Shown: positions 21,761 to 30,876, counted from the stretch's first letter. The stretch: 64,000 bases of DNA from Candidatus Nomurabacteria bacterium (GCA_020631975.1 JACKGO010000002.1:71218-135217), one strand, 5' to 3'. Numbers and translations are program-made. The notes: generated by a model from the letters alone, not told the origin.

Positions 21761-22618
21761 TTACAGTGTACCTTGCTTATGGTTCATGAACCACTCTAAT
21801 GCTTCTTGAGGGCTGGTGAACCAAGTAATATCTGGGTTACGTTTAAACCACGTTAATTGTCGCTTGGCTAGCTTTTTGTCATACGTAATGATTGATTGAA
21901 GAGTAGCGTCTATGGATTGTTCGCCCCTTAAGTAAGGCTGGACAGTACGATACACTCCTCCCAATAAAGCTGGTGACGTATTATATGTTTTATACATGTG
22001 ACTAACTTCTTCTAGCACCCCTTCTTGTATCATTTGATGGGCCCTTTGCTCTATATTACCAAGCAATACGTCTTTTTCTGGGGCAATACCAATAATCATT
22101 GTGTCTTTAGGCAAAGCTTTTTTAGTGGGAGTAGGTCTATTAGCTCGTTCTAGTGCAAGCGTTAAGTGGCGTTTGTTTTTACTATTTACTGGTAGTGCGA
22201 TGTTCCTCTTTATAATTTCTTGCTGTAACTGTGTAACACTCCATGACTGATAGGTTTTTCGTACGTCAGGATTTGGGGCCACAAACGAGTAATCATATAT
22301 AAAGCCGTCAATAAACAATCCACTTCCACCGACTGTTATTGGTATCTTGCTACTGTGTCGTATTGTATGCTCTGCCTGCTTTGCAGCTATAACAAAATCG
22401 GCTACAGTAAATGGTTCGTTTGGATACACTAAATCTATACAGTGATGCTTCACCAAAGCTTGATCTTGCGCTGTAGGTTTAGCAGTTCCGATATCCATAC
22501 CTTTATATACTGTTCGCGAATCTGCGCAGATTATTTCTCCGTTCAAGAGTGTAGCTAATCGTAACGATAAAGCTGTTTTACCACTCGCTGTTGGTCCAAC
22601 AATCACAATGTGATGCAT
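21761..22618 (-). CDS. miaA: tRNA dimethylallyltransferase
   Basis: 285 aa with P-loop GPTASGKT and a family-typical DSRTVYKGMDIGTAKP motif. Confidence 0.9.
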   Translation of the reverse strand: MHHIVIVGPTASGKTALSLRLATLLNGEIICADSRTVYKGMDIGTAKPTAQDQALVKHHCIDLVYPNEPFTVADFVIAAKQAEHTIRHSSKIPITVGGSGLFIDGFIYDYSFVAPNPDVRKTYQSWSVTQLQQEIIKRNIALPVNSKNKRHLTLALERANRPTPTKKALPKDTMIIGIAPEKDVLLGNIEQRAHQMIQEGVLEEVSHMYKTYNTSPALLGGVYRTVQPYLRGEQSIDATLQSIITYDKKLAKRQLTWFKRNPDITWFTSPQEALEWFMNHKQGTL

Positions 22619-22920
22619 TACAGTTGATATTCTTTCATGATGACTTTATCGTTTGAAAACCGCACTCCCTCTGCAATAAGTAGCTGCTTTTGTTGAGTTG
22701 GACCACCTGGTACATACCCATGTGCCAATCTACCGTCAGCGTATACCAAGCGATGCCAAGGCAAAAGAGGATCGCCAAAATGCGCAATTTGGCCCACCAC
22801 CCGAGCAGCCCCTGGGTGACCACACCAAACAGCAAGTTGGCTATACGAAATAACAGAGCCTGCTGGTACTTTGGCTATTTCTGCATACACAGCTTTTGTA
22901 AAATCACTCCTCGGTTGCAT
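22618..22920 (-). CDS. alkyltransferase-like (ATL) protein, MGMT DNA-binding domain without catalytic Cys
   Basis: 100 aa. The canonical PCHRV active site is replaced by PWHRLV, the Trp substitution that defines ATL proteins. Confidence 0.75.
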   Translation of the reverse strand: MQPRSDFTKAVYAEIAKVPAGSVISYSQLAVWCGHPGAARVVGQIAHFGDPLLPWHRLVYADGRLAHGYVPGGPTQQKQLLIAEGVRFSNDKVIMKEYQL

Positions 22921-22926
22921 GGTTCG

Positions 22927-24771
22927 CTATAATGTCGTTTTAGTGGTTCGTGTTTTTGCTTCGTTGGCTACTGTTTTTAAGAAATTATCAATTTTTATCG
23001 GATGCTCCAGCTGTACTTCTATGTCATTACGAATACGCGGTGTTGTTTCACCACTTTCGACTTCTTTTTCACCAATAACAATTGTGTATGGTATCTTCAT
23101 CTTTTCAGCATTACGTATCTTTTTTCCTACGGAGTCATTTGCATTATCTACACTGGTGCGTAAACCAAGCTGTTTTGCTTTTTCATGAGCTTTCTCTGCC
23201 ACTTGTACTACCGGAGTTGTTTGATTAACCGTTATAAAACGAACCTGTTCTGGGGCCAGCCAAACTGGAAATCTGCCAGCATAGTGCTCTATAAGGAGCA
23301 TAATAAACCGCTCAAACGAACCGAGAATTGCACGATGTATCATTACTGGGATAGCGTCTTTGCCATCTTCATTAACATACGTTAGCCCAAAGCGTTTGGG
23401 CATAGCAAAGTCTAGCTGAATGGTCGCGAGCTGCGTTTCACGGCCTAGCGCATCTTTAAACATAAAGTCTAGTTTAGGACCATATATTGCAGCTTCTCCT
23501 TCCATTTTTTTAGCACCTAATCCATGGATGTCTGATACCTCTTGTAACATTTGCTCTGCAACTTCCCAGTCCGCTGTATCCCCAATGTACGCATCTGGGT
23601 TAGCATAATCCCTAACCGAAAGTGACACCCAATGATTACCCCACAACCCAAGAGATTCATAAAAATCACGGATGATTTCAACGATGATAGAAGCTTCTTC
23701 CTTGATTTGATCAGCACGACAAAATGTGTGTCCATCATCTACCGTAAAACCTCTTGTTCTTTGAAGCCCGCCGAGCTGGCCTGGCTTTTCGTCCCGATAT
23801 TGCATAGTCTGCTCAACGTAGCGCAGTGGCAAATCTCTGTAGCTTCTAGGGTGTCCAGCGTATATCTGGGTATGGTGCGGACAGTTTACAGGCTTTAAAA
23901 CAAAATCTTGTTCATAATGACTCTTTACATGAAATAATTCACCGCTAAATTTCTGAGCATGCCCAGATGTTTCATATAGTTCTATCTTAGCAATATGCGG
24001 TATAGACACTTGCCTCATACCATATTGTCTACCGATTTCATTTAAAGCATTTCGCAATTCTTCAATTAATACGGCCCCGTTAGGAGTATACAAGGGTAAA
24101 CCAGGGCCAACGAGATCTGAAAAGGTAAACAAATCTAACTCTTGGCCGAGTTTGCGATGATCTCGTTTTTTCGCTTCTTCAAGCATTTGTAAATATTCGT
24201 CTAGTTCTTGTTTTGACCCAAATGCTACCCCATAGAGGCGCTGCATCTGAGGATTATTCTCTTTCCCCCTCCAATACGCGCCCGCTACACGCATCAGTTT
24301 AAAAGCACCAATGTCCTTCGTGCTCTCTACGTGTGGACCTCGGCACAAATCTGTAAAACTACCACTAGTGTAAAAAGATACTGTTTCTACTTTGCTCGTA
24401 CCTTGTGATGGCAAGCCGAGTTCTTCTGTGTCTATGTCTTTTGCACTTGTCGTGCCAGACCGCTTAAGATCATTCAATAACTCTACCTTGTATGGTTGGT
24501 CTGATTGCTCCGCCCACACAATAGCATCTTGAATAGATTTTTCTGTTTTGACAAATGAAACGTTGCTCTTGATAATCTCTTTCATTTTCTTTTCTATTTT
24601 TGAAAAATCATCTTCAGAAATTGTCGTATTGCCTAAATCGATATCATAATAAAAACCATTTTCTATTACTGGTCCGACGCCAAATTTAGCATGAGGCCAA
24701 AGCTGTCCTACGGCGTCTGCCATTATGTGTGCCAAACTATGGCGCATTGCGTGTAGTTTTTGATCAGTCAT
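22927..24771 (-). CDS. thrS: threonine--tRNA ligase
   Basis: 614 aa. It has an editing-domain HxxxH (MRHSLAHIMA), a class II core (CRGPHV, FTVDDGHTF, RAILGSFERF) and a C-terminal anticodon-binding domain. Confidence 0.95.
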   Translation of the reverse strand: MTDQKLHAMRHSLAHIMADAVGQLWPHAKFGVGPVIENGFYYDIDLGNTTISEDDFSKIEKKMKEIIKSNVSFVKTEKSIQDAIVWAEQSDQPYKVELLNDLKRSGTTSAKDIDTEELGLPSQGTSKVETVSFYTSGSFTDLCRGPHVESTKDIGAFKLMRVAGAYWRGKENNPQMQRLYGVAFGSKQELDEYLQMLEEAKKRDHRKLGQELDLFTFSDLVGPGLPLYTPNGAVLIEELRNALNEIGRQYGMRQVSIPHIAKIELYETSGHAQKFSGELFHVKSHYEQDFVLKPVNCPHHTQIYAGHPRSYRDLPLRYVEQTMQYRDEKPGQLGGLQRTRGFTVDDGHTFCRADQIKEEASIIVEIIRDFYESLGLWGNHWVSLSVRDYANPDAYIGDTADWEVAEQMLQEVSDIHGLGAKKMEGEAAIYGPKLDFMFKDALGRETQLATIQLDFAMPKRFGLTYVNEDGKDAIPVMIHRAILGSFERFIMLLIEHYAGRFPVWLAPEQVRFITVNQTTPVVQVAEKAHEKAKQLGLRTSVDNANDSVGKKIRNAEKMKIPYTIVIGEKEVESGETTPRIRNDIEVQLEHPIKIDNFLKTVANEAKTRTTKTTL

Positions 24772-24780
24772 GTCGTAAAA

Positions 24781-24995
24781 TCCTTACCTTTTCACTTGCC
24801 TTCTTGTATATTGTACTCCATAACTAACACCTCTGTACTAAAAAAGCGATGTTATCTTACCTCGCAGCAACCTTTTAAAGGTTATAAGACAACATCGCTA
24901 GCGATGAATAGATGTGTACCCATCGTAGCCGATCGTTCGGCGTCAACACACCTGATAAAACTTCACCTGTACGTAGTAGTATATACAGGCTAGCC
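24781..24995 (-). promoter_or_regulatory. thrS 5' leader with intrinsic terminator (attenuator; possible T-box-like element)
   Basis: A 15-bp terminator stem forms on the minus strand, 24885-24899 with 24845-24859, followed by TTTTT (24845->24841). It lies about 70 nt upstream of the ATG. An upstream hairpin, CCTGTA...TACAGG (24966-24989), has a loop reading UAU-ACU-ACU-ACG, which contains Thr codons. A GAUGGGUACAC segment (rc of 24914-24924) loosely resembles the T-box UGGN core. Confidence 0.45.
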
Positions 24996-25210
24996 TTTTT
25001 TTACTAGTATCATTTTGTTAGCTTATCCACAGATGTGGATACTTGCGTGCCGAGAGGTGTTATTGTTATACTCACAAGTGTTATGTGCAACCTATTGTGC
25101 GCACATAACAATGAGTGTGGTACTTACGCCAAAAGTGTTTAAGCGATACCAGTATCGTTTTAAGTAATGCACTTGGTTAACAATTAGATGCCTTGTACCA
25201 TTCGCTTAGT

Positions 25211-25287
25211 TGGGTCCTTAGCTCAGTTGGCTAGAGCGCTTCCTTGACGTGGAAGAGGTCAGAGGTTCGAATCCTCTAGGACCCACC
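25211..25287 (+). tRNA. tRNA-Val (anticodon GAC), CCA encoded
   Basis: GGGTCCT...CTTCC-TTGACGT-GGAAG...GGTTCGAATCC...AGGACCC-A-CCA. Confidence 0.92.
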
Positions 25288-25463
25288 ATATAATTACATC
25301 TTAAAAAAATAGTGCGCAGTTACGGTCTTGAAACATTTTTTACGTACTTATACCTATACACAAGCAGCCATCAAGGCTGTTTTTTATACCTACTCTTATA
25401 TATTGTTTTATATCATATATGTTTAAGTTTTTAGATAATAGTAAATTACTCGTTGTATATGTA

Positions 25464-25692
25464 TTGACATAAGTATACCACCCTGCTATAATGGTTACGT
25501 TAAACGAGGCGTTTAGCTTGAGTAACAATTCACCGTTAGAAAGCTTTCAGCTATTCTACGAAGAACTGCACTCATCTAAGGTGTTCATCAACAGAATTCG
25601 ACGATCACGTCGTATGGCCACACAAAACACCAATTAGATTCAGTTCGAAACCAAGCTTAATACCCCAGTCACATGACTGGGGTATTATTTAT
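25464..25692 (+). ncRNA. candidate small RNA (about 195 nt) bounded by a consensus promoter and a terminator
   Basis: A perfect TTGACA (25464-25469), 17-nt spacer and TATAAT (25487-25492). The terminator hairpin is AATACCCCAGTC (25659-25670) with GACTGGGGTATT (25675-25686), followed by ATTTAT. No RBS-preceded ORF is present. Internal pairing is possible, for example CTAAGGTGTT with AACACC-AATTAG. Confidence 0.45.
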
Positions 25693-25755
25693 ATCCCCAC
25701 ATTTATAGGCACTTATCCACTAGCGTTTTTAACAGCATAATGTCAATATAATGAC

Positions 25756-26199
25756 ATGGTTTGTATATATTGTGGTCATAAAACTATTGTTGCTAACTCG
25801 CGCTATAAGAAAAAAAACGCTGTTGTCTGGCGAAGACGGTTATGCACTCATTGCGGCGCTATAACGACTACATTTGAGGAATACGACTATTCTACTGCCT
25901 TGGTGGTAAAGAAACGCTCAGGAGCGCTCCAGGCGTTCCAGAAGGATAAACTACTCCTAAGTATTGCAAAGGCCACCGAACATCGCCAAGGGAGCACGCA
26001 AGCTGCCAGTGAGTTAACAACTACTATCATTTCGCGTATCTTAAAACAAAAACCTATACAAACTACAATTTTAAGCAAAGATATATCATCTGTAGCTAGT
26101 TTAGTTCTAAAACACTACGATGCAGCAAGCGCTGTAAAATACTTGTCATTTCAGGCTCCGACTAATTTATCTAGAGATATACGCAAGATGCTTCAGTAA
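25756..26199 (+). CDS. nrdR: transcriptional repressor NrdR
   Basis: 147 aa with an N-terminal zinc ribbon (CIYCGH...CTHCG) followed by an ATP-cone. Confidence 0.9.
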   Translation: MVCIYCGHKTIVANSRYKKKNAVVWRRRLCTHCGAITTTFEEYDYSTALVVKKRSGALQAFQKDKLLLSIAKATEHRQGSTQAASELTTTIISRILKQKPIQTTILSKDISSVASLVLKHYDAASAVKYLSFQAPTNLSRDIRKMLQ

Positions 26200-26216
26200 C
26201 CTACGATTTTGCGTGA

Positions 26217-27827
26217 TTACTTCTTAATAGCCTTTGTGGTGACATCAAATTTGCCAAGGTATTTACCAAACATCAGCCTTGTTTGAGAATACAGCGCTGC
26301 AAAACTACTGTAGATAATCGTAGTTAGCGGTAAGAGAACCCATTGTAATAACATTGGTATCCAGTGGTGAGCCTTATAACGTGGTGGTTTAGGTGGTAGT
26401 AACCTAATGCTAAGGTAAATACTTAGAAAGAGCCCTGCCATAGCTATACGTTGGATATAACTAGCGATGACAGGCAGTTGGTTCGCAATATAACTATCGC
26501 CTGCCTCTGGTGCAATATACAGTGGTACAAACGCTCCTAACAGCAGTAGCAGGGGCGCAGTTGCCCACGAAAGGTGCCCTTCTATTAATCTGGCGGTTTT
26601 AAATAACAAGTCTACTTTAGGGACGGAATTTTTTCTTCTCCAGCCAGCGTTAAGTACATACGCTATGTCTGAAGCACCCCAGGCCCATCGGCGAATTTGT
26701 ATAAACTGTGCTTTGAGTGTTTTGCGATACGTAACATCTAGCACGGCATCTTGATATATAGGCACCAGCATAGGGTGAACCTCGTGCTGGCCGTTATAGG
26801 CAAAGTATGTTCGCCAGAATTGATGGCCGTCCTCTACAATCGTACGTGTACTCCAAAAATCTGTGTCTTGTAGTGTCTTTAGCGTCTGCGAATGTGATGC
26901 AAAGTTGCGAATCATGTGTGGCCGTAGCCCTAAAACAATATTCCAAAATGAATTACCAGTTGCGATAACACGCATTGGCGCAGGCACATCCCATATATTG
27001 TTCGTAAAAATAGATATAGGTTGGAACGATGCGTGAATGGGGTCTGGACACGCTAAATAGGCATATGAAACTGCGGCAAAATATTGATGATGTGGCCTAT
27101 TATCAGAATCTAATGTCGTAACGATCACATTGCGAGCCGGAATGTTTTGTTGTTTAAAGTAATCATCTACTCTGCGCCCAGCATACGTGATATTGCCACC
27201 CTTACCGATAACCTCATGAGGAATATCTTTTGGATGCACGACCATTTCTAAATGTTTGAACAGTTTTTTATGTTTTACAACTAGCGCTTGCATATTTTTA
27301 CGCACTTCTGCTCCACCACGCTCTTCTACTGCAAGTATTACCACCATTTTATCTAGAGGAAAATTGCTACTCGCCACACTTAAGATTGTTGGTTCTACGA
27401 CTTCTGGCGATTCGTTATAAACAGCGATAATCACTGCTTGGTATAGTTCACTCAGCCGAGCACGATCACCTTTTCGAGCCTGATGACGTATCATATTGCG
27501 ATAGTGCCACTGCGGTGAAATTCCCTCTGGATACCGTAAGAATGCTGGTTCAGGATTATCGAGCTCTTGGGCATGGCTATACCAATCTAGAGACGTACTC
27601 TGCTGAAGTTTCTTGTAACCCTGCGCCATACGAACATTCATAAAAAATGTTTTAAAGAACCACATTAACAAATAAGCGACGATAAAATACGCAGCCAGTA
27701 TCGGTGCAATAAAACTCAATACAAATGGTAACGATAAAGTCAGCCACGTCAGCACACCAGGTACCATTTCAAATAACCGATATATCTTACCGCGCTCAGA
27801 GACTAAAGGAATCTCTATGTTTTTCAT
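26217..27827 (-). CDS. membrane-embedded processive family-2 glycosyltransferase (cellulose/chitin-synthase-like)
   Basis: 536 aa with multiple TM helices at both ends. It has a TLDSDN acidic motif and the QxxRW signature (QIRRWAWG). Confidence 0.7.
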   Translation of the reverse strand: MKNIEIPLVSERGKIYRLFEMVPGVLTWLTLSLPFVLSFIAPILAAYFIVAYLLMWFFKTFFMNVRMAQGYKKLQQSTSLDWYSHAQELDNPEPAFLRYPEGISPQWHYRNMIRHQARKGDRARLSELYQAVIIAVYNESPEVVEPTILSVASSNFPLDKMVVILAVEERGGAEVRKNMQALVVKHKKLFKHLEMVVHPKDIPHEVIGKGGNITYAGRRVDDYFKQQNIPARNVIVTTLDSDNRPHHQYFAAVSYAYLACPDPIHASFQPISIFTNNIWDVPAPMRVIATGNSFWNIVLGLRPHMIRNFASHSQTLKTLQDTDFWSTRTIVEDGHQFWRTYFAYNGQHEVHPMLVPIYQDAVLDVTYRKTLKAQFIQIRRWAWGASDIAYVLNAGWRRKNSVPKVDLLFKTARLIEGHLSWATAPLLLLLGAFVPLYIAPEAGDSYIANQLPVIASYIQRIAMAGLFLSIYLSIRLLPPKPPRYKAHHWIPMLLQWVLLPLTTIIYSSFAALYSQTRLMFGKYLGKFDVTTKAIKK

Positions 27828-28177
27828 TAGCGTAGGTTATAAATTGCGTTACTCACCACAAACAACATAACAAGCACAATAAGCGTTAGTGATAACAACA
27901 AGACGCTCATGAGCCTTTTTTGAGTAAAGAATTTAGCGCTTAGTATAATAGCAACGGCTGCAAAAAATACTGATGCAATCGCAAAACTGTACAATTCCGA
28001 GGTATCTGCTCTGCTATACCCTGTTAATAATTCGGCTGCTTGGTACCTTACAATGGCAACGGACTTGCTCGTATCTATACGTATGACCGAGGCAATGACG
28101 TTTAATAACGCAGTTGCAACAATAGCTATATTTAAAAATAAGATTGGTCTATCTTGAAAGTATTTTTTTGTGAACAT
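27827..28177 (-). CDS. small membrane protein, unknown function
   Basis: 116 aa with 3-4 TM helices. Its stop overlaps the start of the GT2 gene (shared base at 27827). Confidence 0.45.
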   Translation of the reverse strand: MFTKKYFQDRPILFLNIAIVATALLNVIASVIRIDTSKSVAIVRYQAAELLTGYSRADTSELYSFAIASVFFAAVAIILSAKFFTQKRLMSVLLLSLTLIVLVMLFVVSNAIYNLR

Positions 28178-28261
28178 CAGTACTATTATACATTACATCC
28201 ATAGGTACACAGAGAACAAAAAGAGTGCTCGTTTATTGATAGTGTACTGTTATGGGTTAGT

Positions 28262-28336
28262 TGGTGCGGGTGGCGGGAGTCGAACCCGCGTTTCAGCCTT
28301 GGGAAGGCTGCATAATAGCCGTTATACGACACCCGC
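28262..28336 (-). tRNA. tRNA-Gly (anticodon CCC), CCA encoded
   Basis: The rc reads GCGGGTG...CAGCC-TTCCCAA-GGCTG...GGTTCGACTCC...CACCCGC-A-CCA. Confidence 0.9.
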
Positions 28337-28412
28337 TGGAGCCACCTAGCGGAGTCGAACCGCTGACCTACGCGTTACGAGTGCGTTGCTCTACCAGCTG
28401 AGCTAAGGTGGC
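28337..28412 (-). tRNA. tRNA-Thr (anticodon CGU), CCA encoded
   Basis: The rc reads GCCACCT-TAGCTCAGCTGGTAGAGC...CTCGTAA...GGTTCGACTCC...AGGTGGC-T-CCA. Its CCA abuts the first base of tRNA-Gly. Confidence 0.9.
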
Positions 28413-28749
28413 ACATGCCGTTACCATTACTAGTGTACTAAATCTACCCCTGTTTTTGTAGCATACCCTGTGCAGCATGCCTGCAACGTGCATTTTTACA
28501 CATTTTAATAATATACACGCATCGCATCGCGAACAAGAATGTCTGTTCCCTTTGATACAATATTGTTATATCAGTACTAGTATAGTAAACCATACCCTGC
28601 CGAGCCAATCATAGAAAAAGAGTATGAATAGTTGCCATAGCAAGGGTACGAGCCAGCTATGGGCTAAATGCCAATGGACACGACTGCCACGTTGCAAAAT
28701 ACGCTTGTCTCTGTTACCATAGGTTGTGCTATTTTAGTGCCAAAACCAT

Positions 28750-28826
28750 GGGCTCGTGGTGTAGAGGCCTAACATGCCTCCCTGTCACGGAGGAGATCGC
28801 CGGTTCGAATCCGGTCGGGCCCGCCA
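28750..28826 (+). tRNA. tRNA-Asp (anticodon GUC), CCA encoded
   Basis: GGGCTCG...CCTCC-CTGTCAC-GGAGG...GGTTCGAATCC...CGGGCCC-G-CCA. A short hairpin plus T-run follows at about 28833-28862. Confidence 0.92.
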
Positions 28827-29036
28827 AGAAAATAGTCTCAACCTTTGTTGGGGCTTTTTTTATTGACACGCTCGCCTACACTACAGGCAATTGTTGGATA
28901 CTTTTAATAGCACCATGCTCCACAATTACTTGTATGCAAACGACGCGATTGAAGAACTTGTTAGCTGAACACTCTTTAGTATATTTGCTACCCCGTCTAA
29001 ACGTTCGCTAAAAACATACTGTTGCTAGAAAGTATA

Positions 29037-30119
29037 TTAATCTATTTTTACGTAAACAGTCGCTGGTTTTTGAGCTTTGTAATCATTAAGGTATTCTGCC
29101 AACTCTTTATACTTAAATACAATATGTGCAGCTTTGATTTTTTCGCCCTCAAAGCCAAGGTGCTTGACGATAGCTAAGCCATTATCTAATACTATCACCC
29201 CTGAAACATCGCCCGGCTGCATAGCGGTAAGAGCTTCGTATTCTTGTGGTAAATAAGCTTTATTTGCATCAACTATACCCAAATTGCCACCATTTTCTTT
29301 CGTGCCAATATCATCTGAGGACTCCTGTGCGGCAGTGGCAAAATCCTTACCTGCAGAGATCTCTGCTAATACTGTATCTGCCTTGGCCCGTACAGATGGA
29401 TCAAGTGCTTGTACAACCTTGGCATTAAGTAATTGTTGCTTAATACTACGTCTAAAATCAGCAATACTCCAATCATAATTAGAGCGTAAGACTTCTTCGA
29501 ATACTTGCTGCTCACTGCCTAGTAGCCCAAGTTTTTTAAGAGTATCAATCTGAGAGTTGACTTCATCTTCGCTGACAGTAATACCTTTTTCTCTTGCTAT
29601 CTTTTCGGCGTACGTATTATTAATGATAAGATCGCGTATTTTTTTCTTTTCTTCTTGTAATTGCTGGGCACCTTGTTCACTGGTAAAGTCTACCCCACCT
29701 TTTTCTTCAAAAAAGTGAATCAGATGGCGAAGTTCAAATAAATATTCCTCATACGGAACATACGTACCATCAACTTTTGCAAATGGTAGCGGTACCACTT
29801 TAGTAATCTGATAGGCAAATGCAGAAGTAGATTGAAATTTATACAAACTAAGAATGGTGTACGTGGCAAAGCCTACAATAAGAGCTACCAAAATACTAAC
29901 AGATACTATAACAATTCGATGTCGCGAATGCTGCAAGGGGTAGATGTATTTTTTGGCACCAGAAATGACTTCTTCTCTGTGTTTGCTCACGGTATCGTTG
30001 GTAATACGAGGAATAGCGTCGTCTGTTACAGATCGCGCTTGCTTTTTACGAACCCGCGGCGTTAAAAAACGTCGGGCGCGTTTGCTGCCTGGTATTGATG
30101 ATTTTTTACTATCTTTCAT
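29037..30119 (-). CDS. membrane-anchored parvulin-type peptidyl-prolyl isomerase (PrsA/SurA-like)
   Basis: 360 aa with an N-terminal TM anchor, a SurA-N-like helical region and a C-terminal PpiC domain (FATAAQESSDD...GGNLG...PGDVSGVI). Confidence 0.7.
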   Translation of the reverse strand: MKDSKKSSIPGSKRARRFLTPRVRKKQARSVTDDAIPRITNDTVSKHREEVISGAKKYIYPLQHSRHRIVIVSVSILVALIVGFATYTILSLYKFQSTSAFAYQITKVVPLPFAKVDGTYVPYEEYLFELRHLIHFFEEKGGVDFTSEQGAQQLQEEKKKIRDLIINNTYAEKIAREKGITVSEDEVNSQIDTLKKLGLLGSEQQVFEEVLRSNYDWSIADFRRSIKQQLLNAKVVQALDPSVRAKADTVLAEISAGKDFATAAQESSDDIGTKENGGNLGIVDANKAYLPQEYEALTAMQPGDVSGVIVLDNGLAIVKHLGFEGEKIKAAHIVFKYKELAEYLNDYKAQKPATVYVKID

Positions 30120-30122
30120 TCA

Positions 30123-30635
30123 CTATTCGTTACTTGCAGGAACTGCTGTTGTCACCCCTAATTCTCGCAAGATGTGTGTCAGACGTTTCTGGATTGCTCT
30201 TGGGTGATGTACGTGGTGTATAACGAGCTCGCCAACATATGTCTGTATTACTATTGTACCAAATCCAAGCAAAGATTGCTCTAGGCCTTTTACTTGGTAC
30301 GATACTGTTTGAATTTTATTTATACCAATATCAACAACGCTGCGGTTCCATAAGCCTTTTTGGCTAATCTGAATAAACCGTTGGTCTGTAACTATATATA
30401 CCGTAAAGTACCAGCCTATCCATGAATAAAATAATGTACATACAAATAGTAAAAGGCCAATTGCTAAGCCACCAAAGAATACTTGAAACGTAGGCCAAAT
30501 AAGTGATGGCAAGACACCTGCGAGTAAAAACAATGAACTAAAAATAAGCGCTTTACGCATCACTATAGGGTGCTTTCTAAACATGTAAAGCATTTCTTCG
30601 TCGTCAAATTGGTCTGCAAAATATTTTTGTGGCAT
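30123..30635 (-). CDS. bacterial PH-domain (bPH_2/DUF304, YdbS-like) membrane protein
   Basis: 170 aa with two TM helices followed by a YIVTDQRFIQISQKGLWNRSV...FGTIVIQT pattern. Confidence 0.65.
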   Translation of the reverse strand: MPQKYFADQFDDEEMLYMFRKHPIVMRKALIFSSLFLLAGVLPSLIWPTFQVFFGGLAIGLLLFVCTLFYSWIGWYFTVYIVTDQRFIQISQKGLWNRSVVDIGINKIQTVSYQVKGLEQSLLGFGTIVIQTYVGELVIHHVHHPRAIQKRLTHILRELGVTTAVPASNE

Positions 30636-30703
30636 AGTGCTATAGCTATTTTACTACGGTTTTGTACTTTTTTGTGCCTGGTATAGTATATATAAGGAGT
30701 TAT

Positions 30704-30779
30704 GGCCTGGTAGTTCAATGGATAGAACACCACCGTCCTAAGGTGGGTGTTGGGGGTTCGATTCCCTCCCAGGTCACCA
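30704..30779 (+). tRNA. tRNA-Arg (anticodon CCU), CCA encoded
   Basis: GGCCTGG...CCACC-GTCCTAA-GGTGG...GGTTCGATTCC...CCAGGTC-A-CCA. Confidence 0.88.
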
Positions 30780-30780
30780 T

Positions 30781-30816
30781 TACAAAATACCTCGCTCTAT
30801 GGCGAGGTATTTTGTA
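30781..30816. terminator. bidirectional terminator hairpin (after tRNA-Arg, facing ndk)
   Basis: TACAAAATACCTCGC (30781-30795) pairs with GCGAGGTATTTTGTA (30802-30816). Confidence 0.7.
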
Positions 30817-30876
30817 ATCATAACTTTCGTTTGTGTCTAGCGTACGTATAAATGTAACTTACAAACTATTTTTTAC

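Noticed and set aside
25340-25528. 62-aa minus-strand ORF between tRNA-Val and nrdR
   Set aside because: It is an extremely AT-rich, Asn/Ile/Tyr/Leu-rich product with no RBS. It overlaps the consensus promoter of the candidate sRNA on the other strand.
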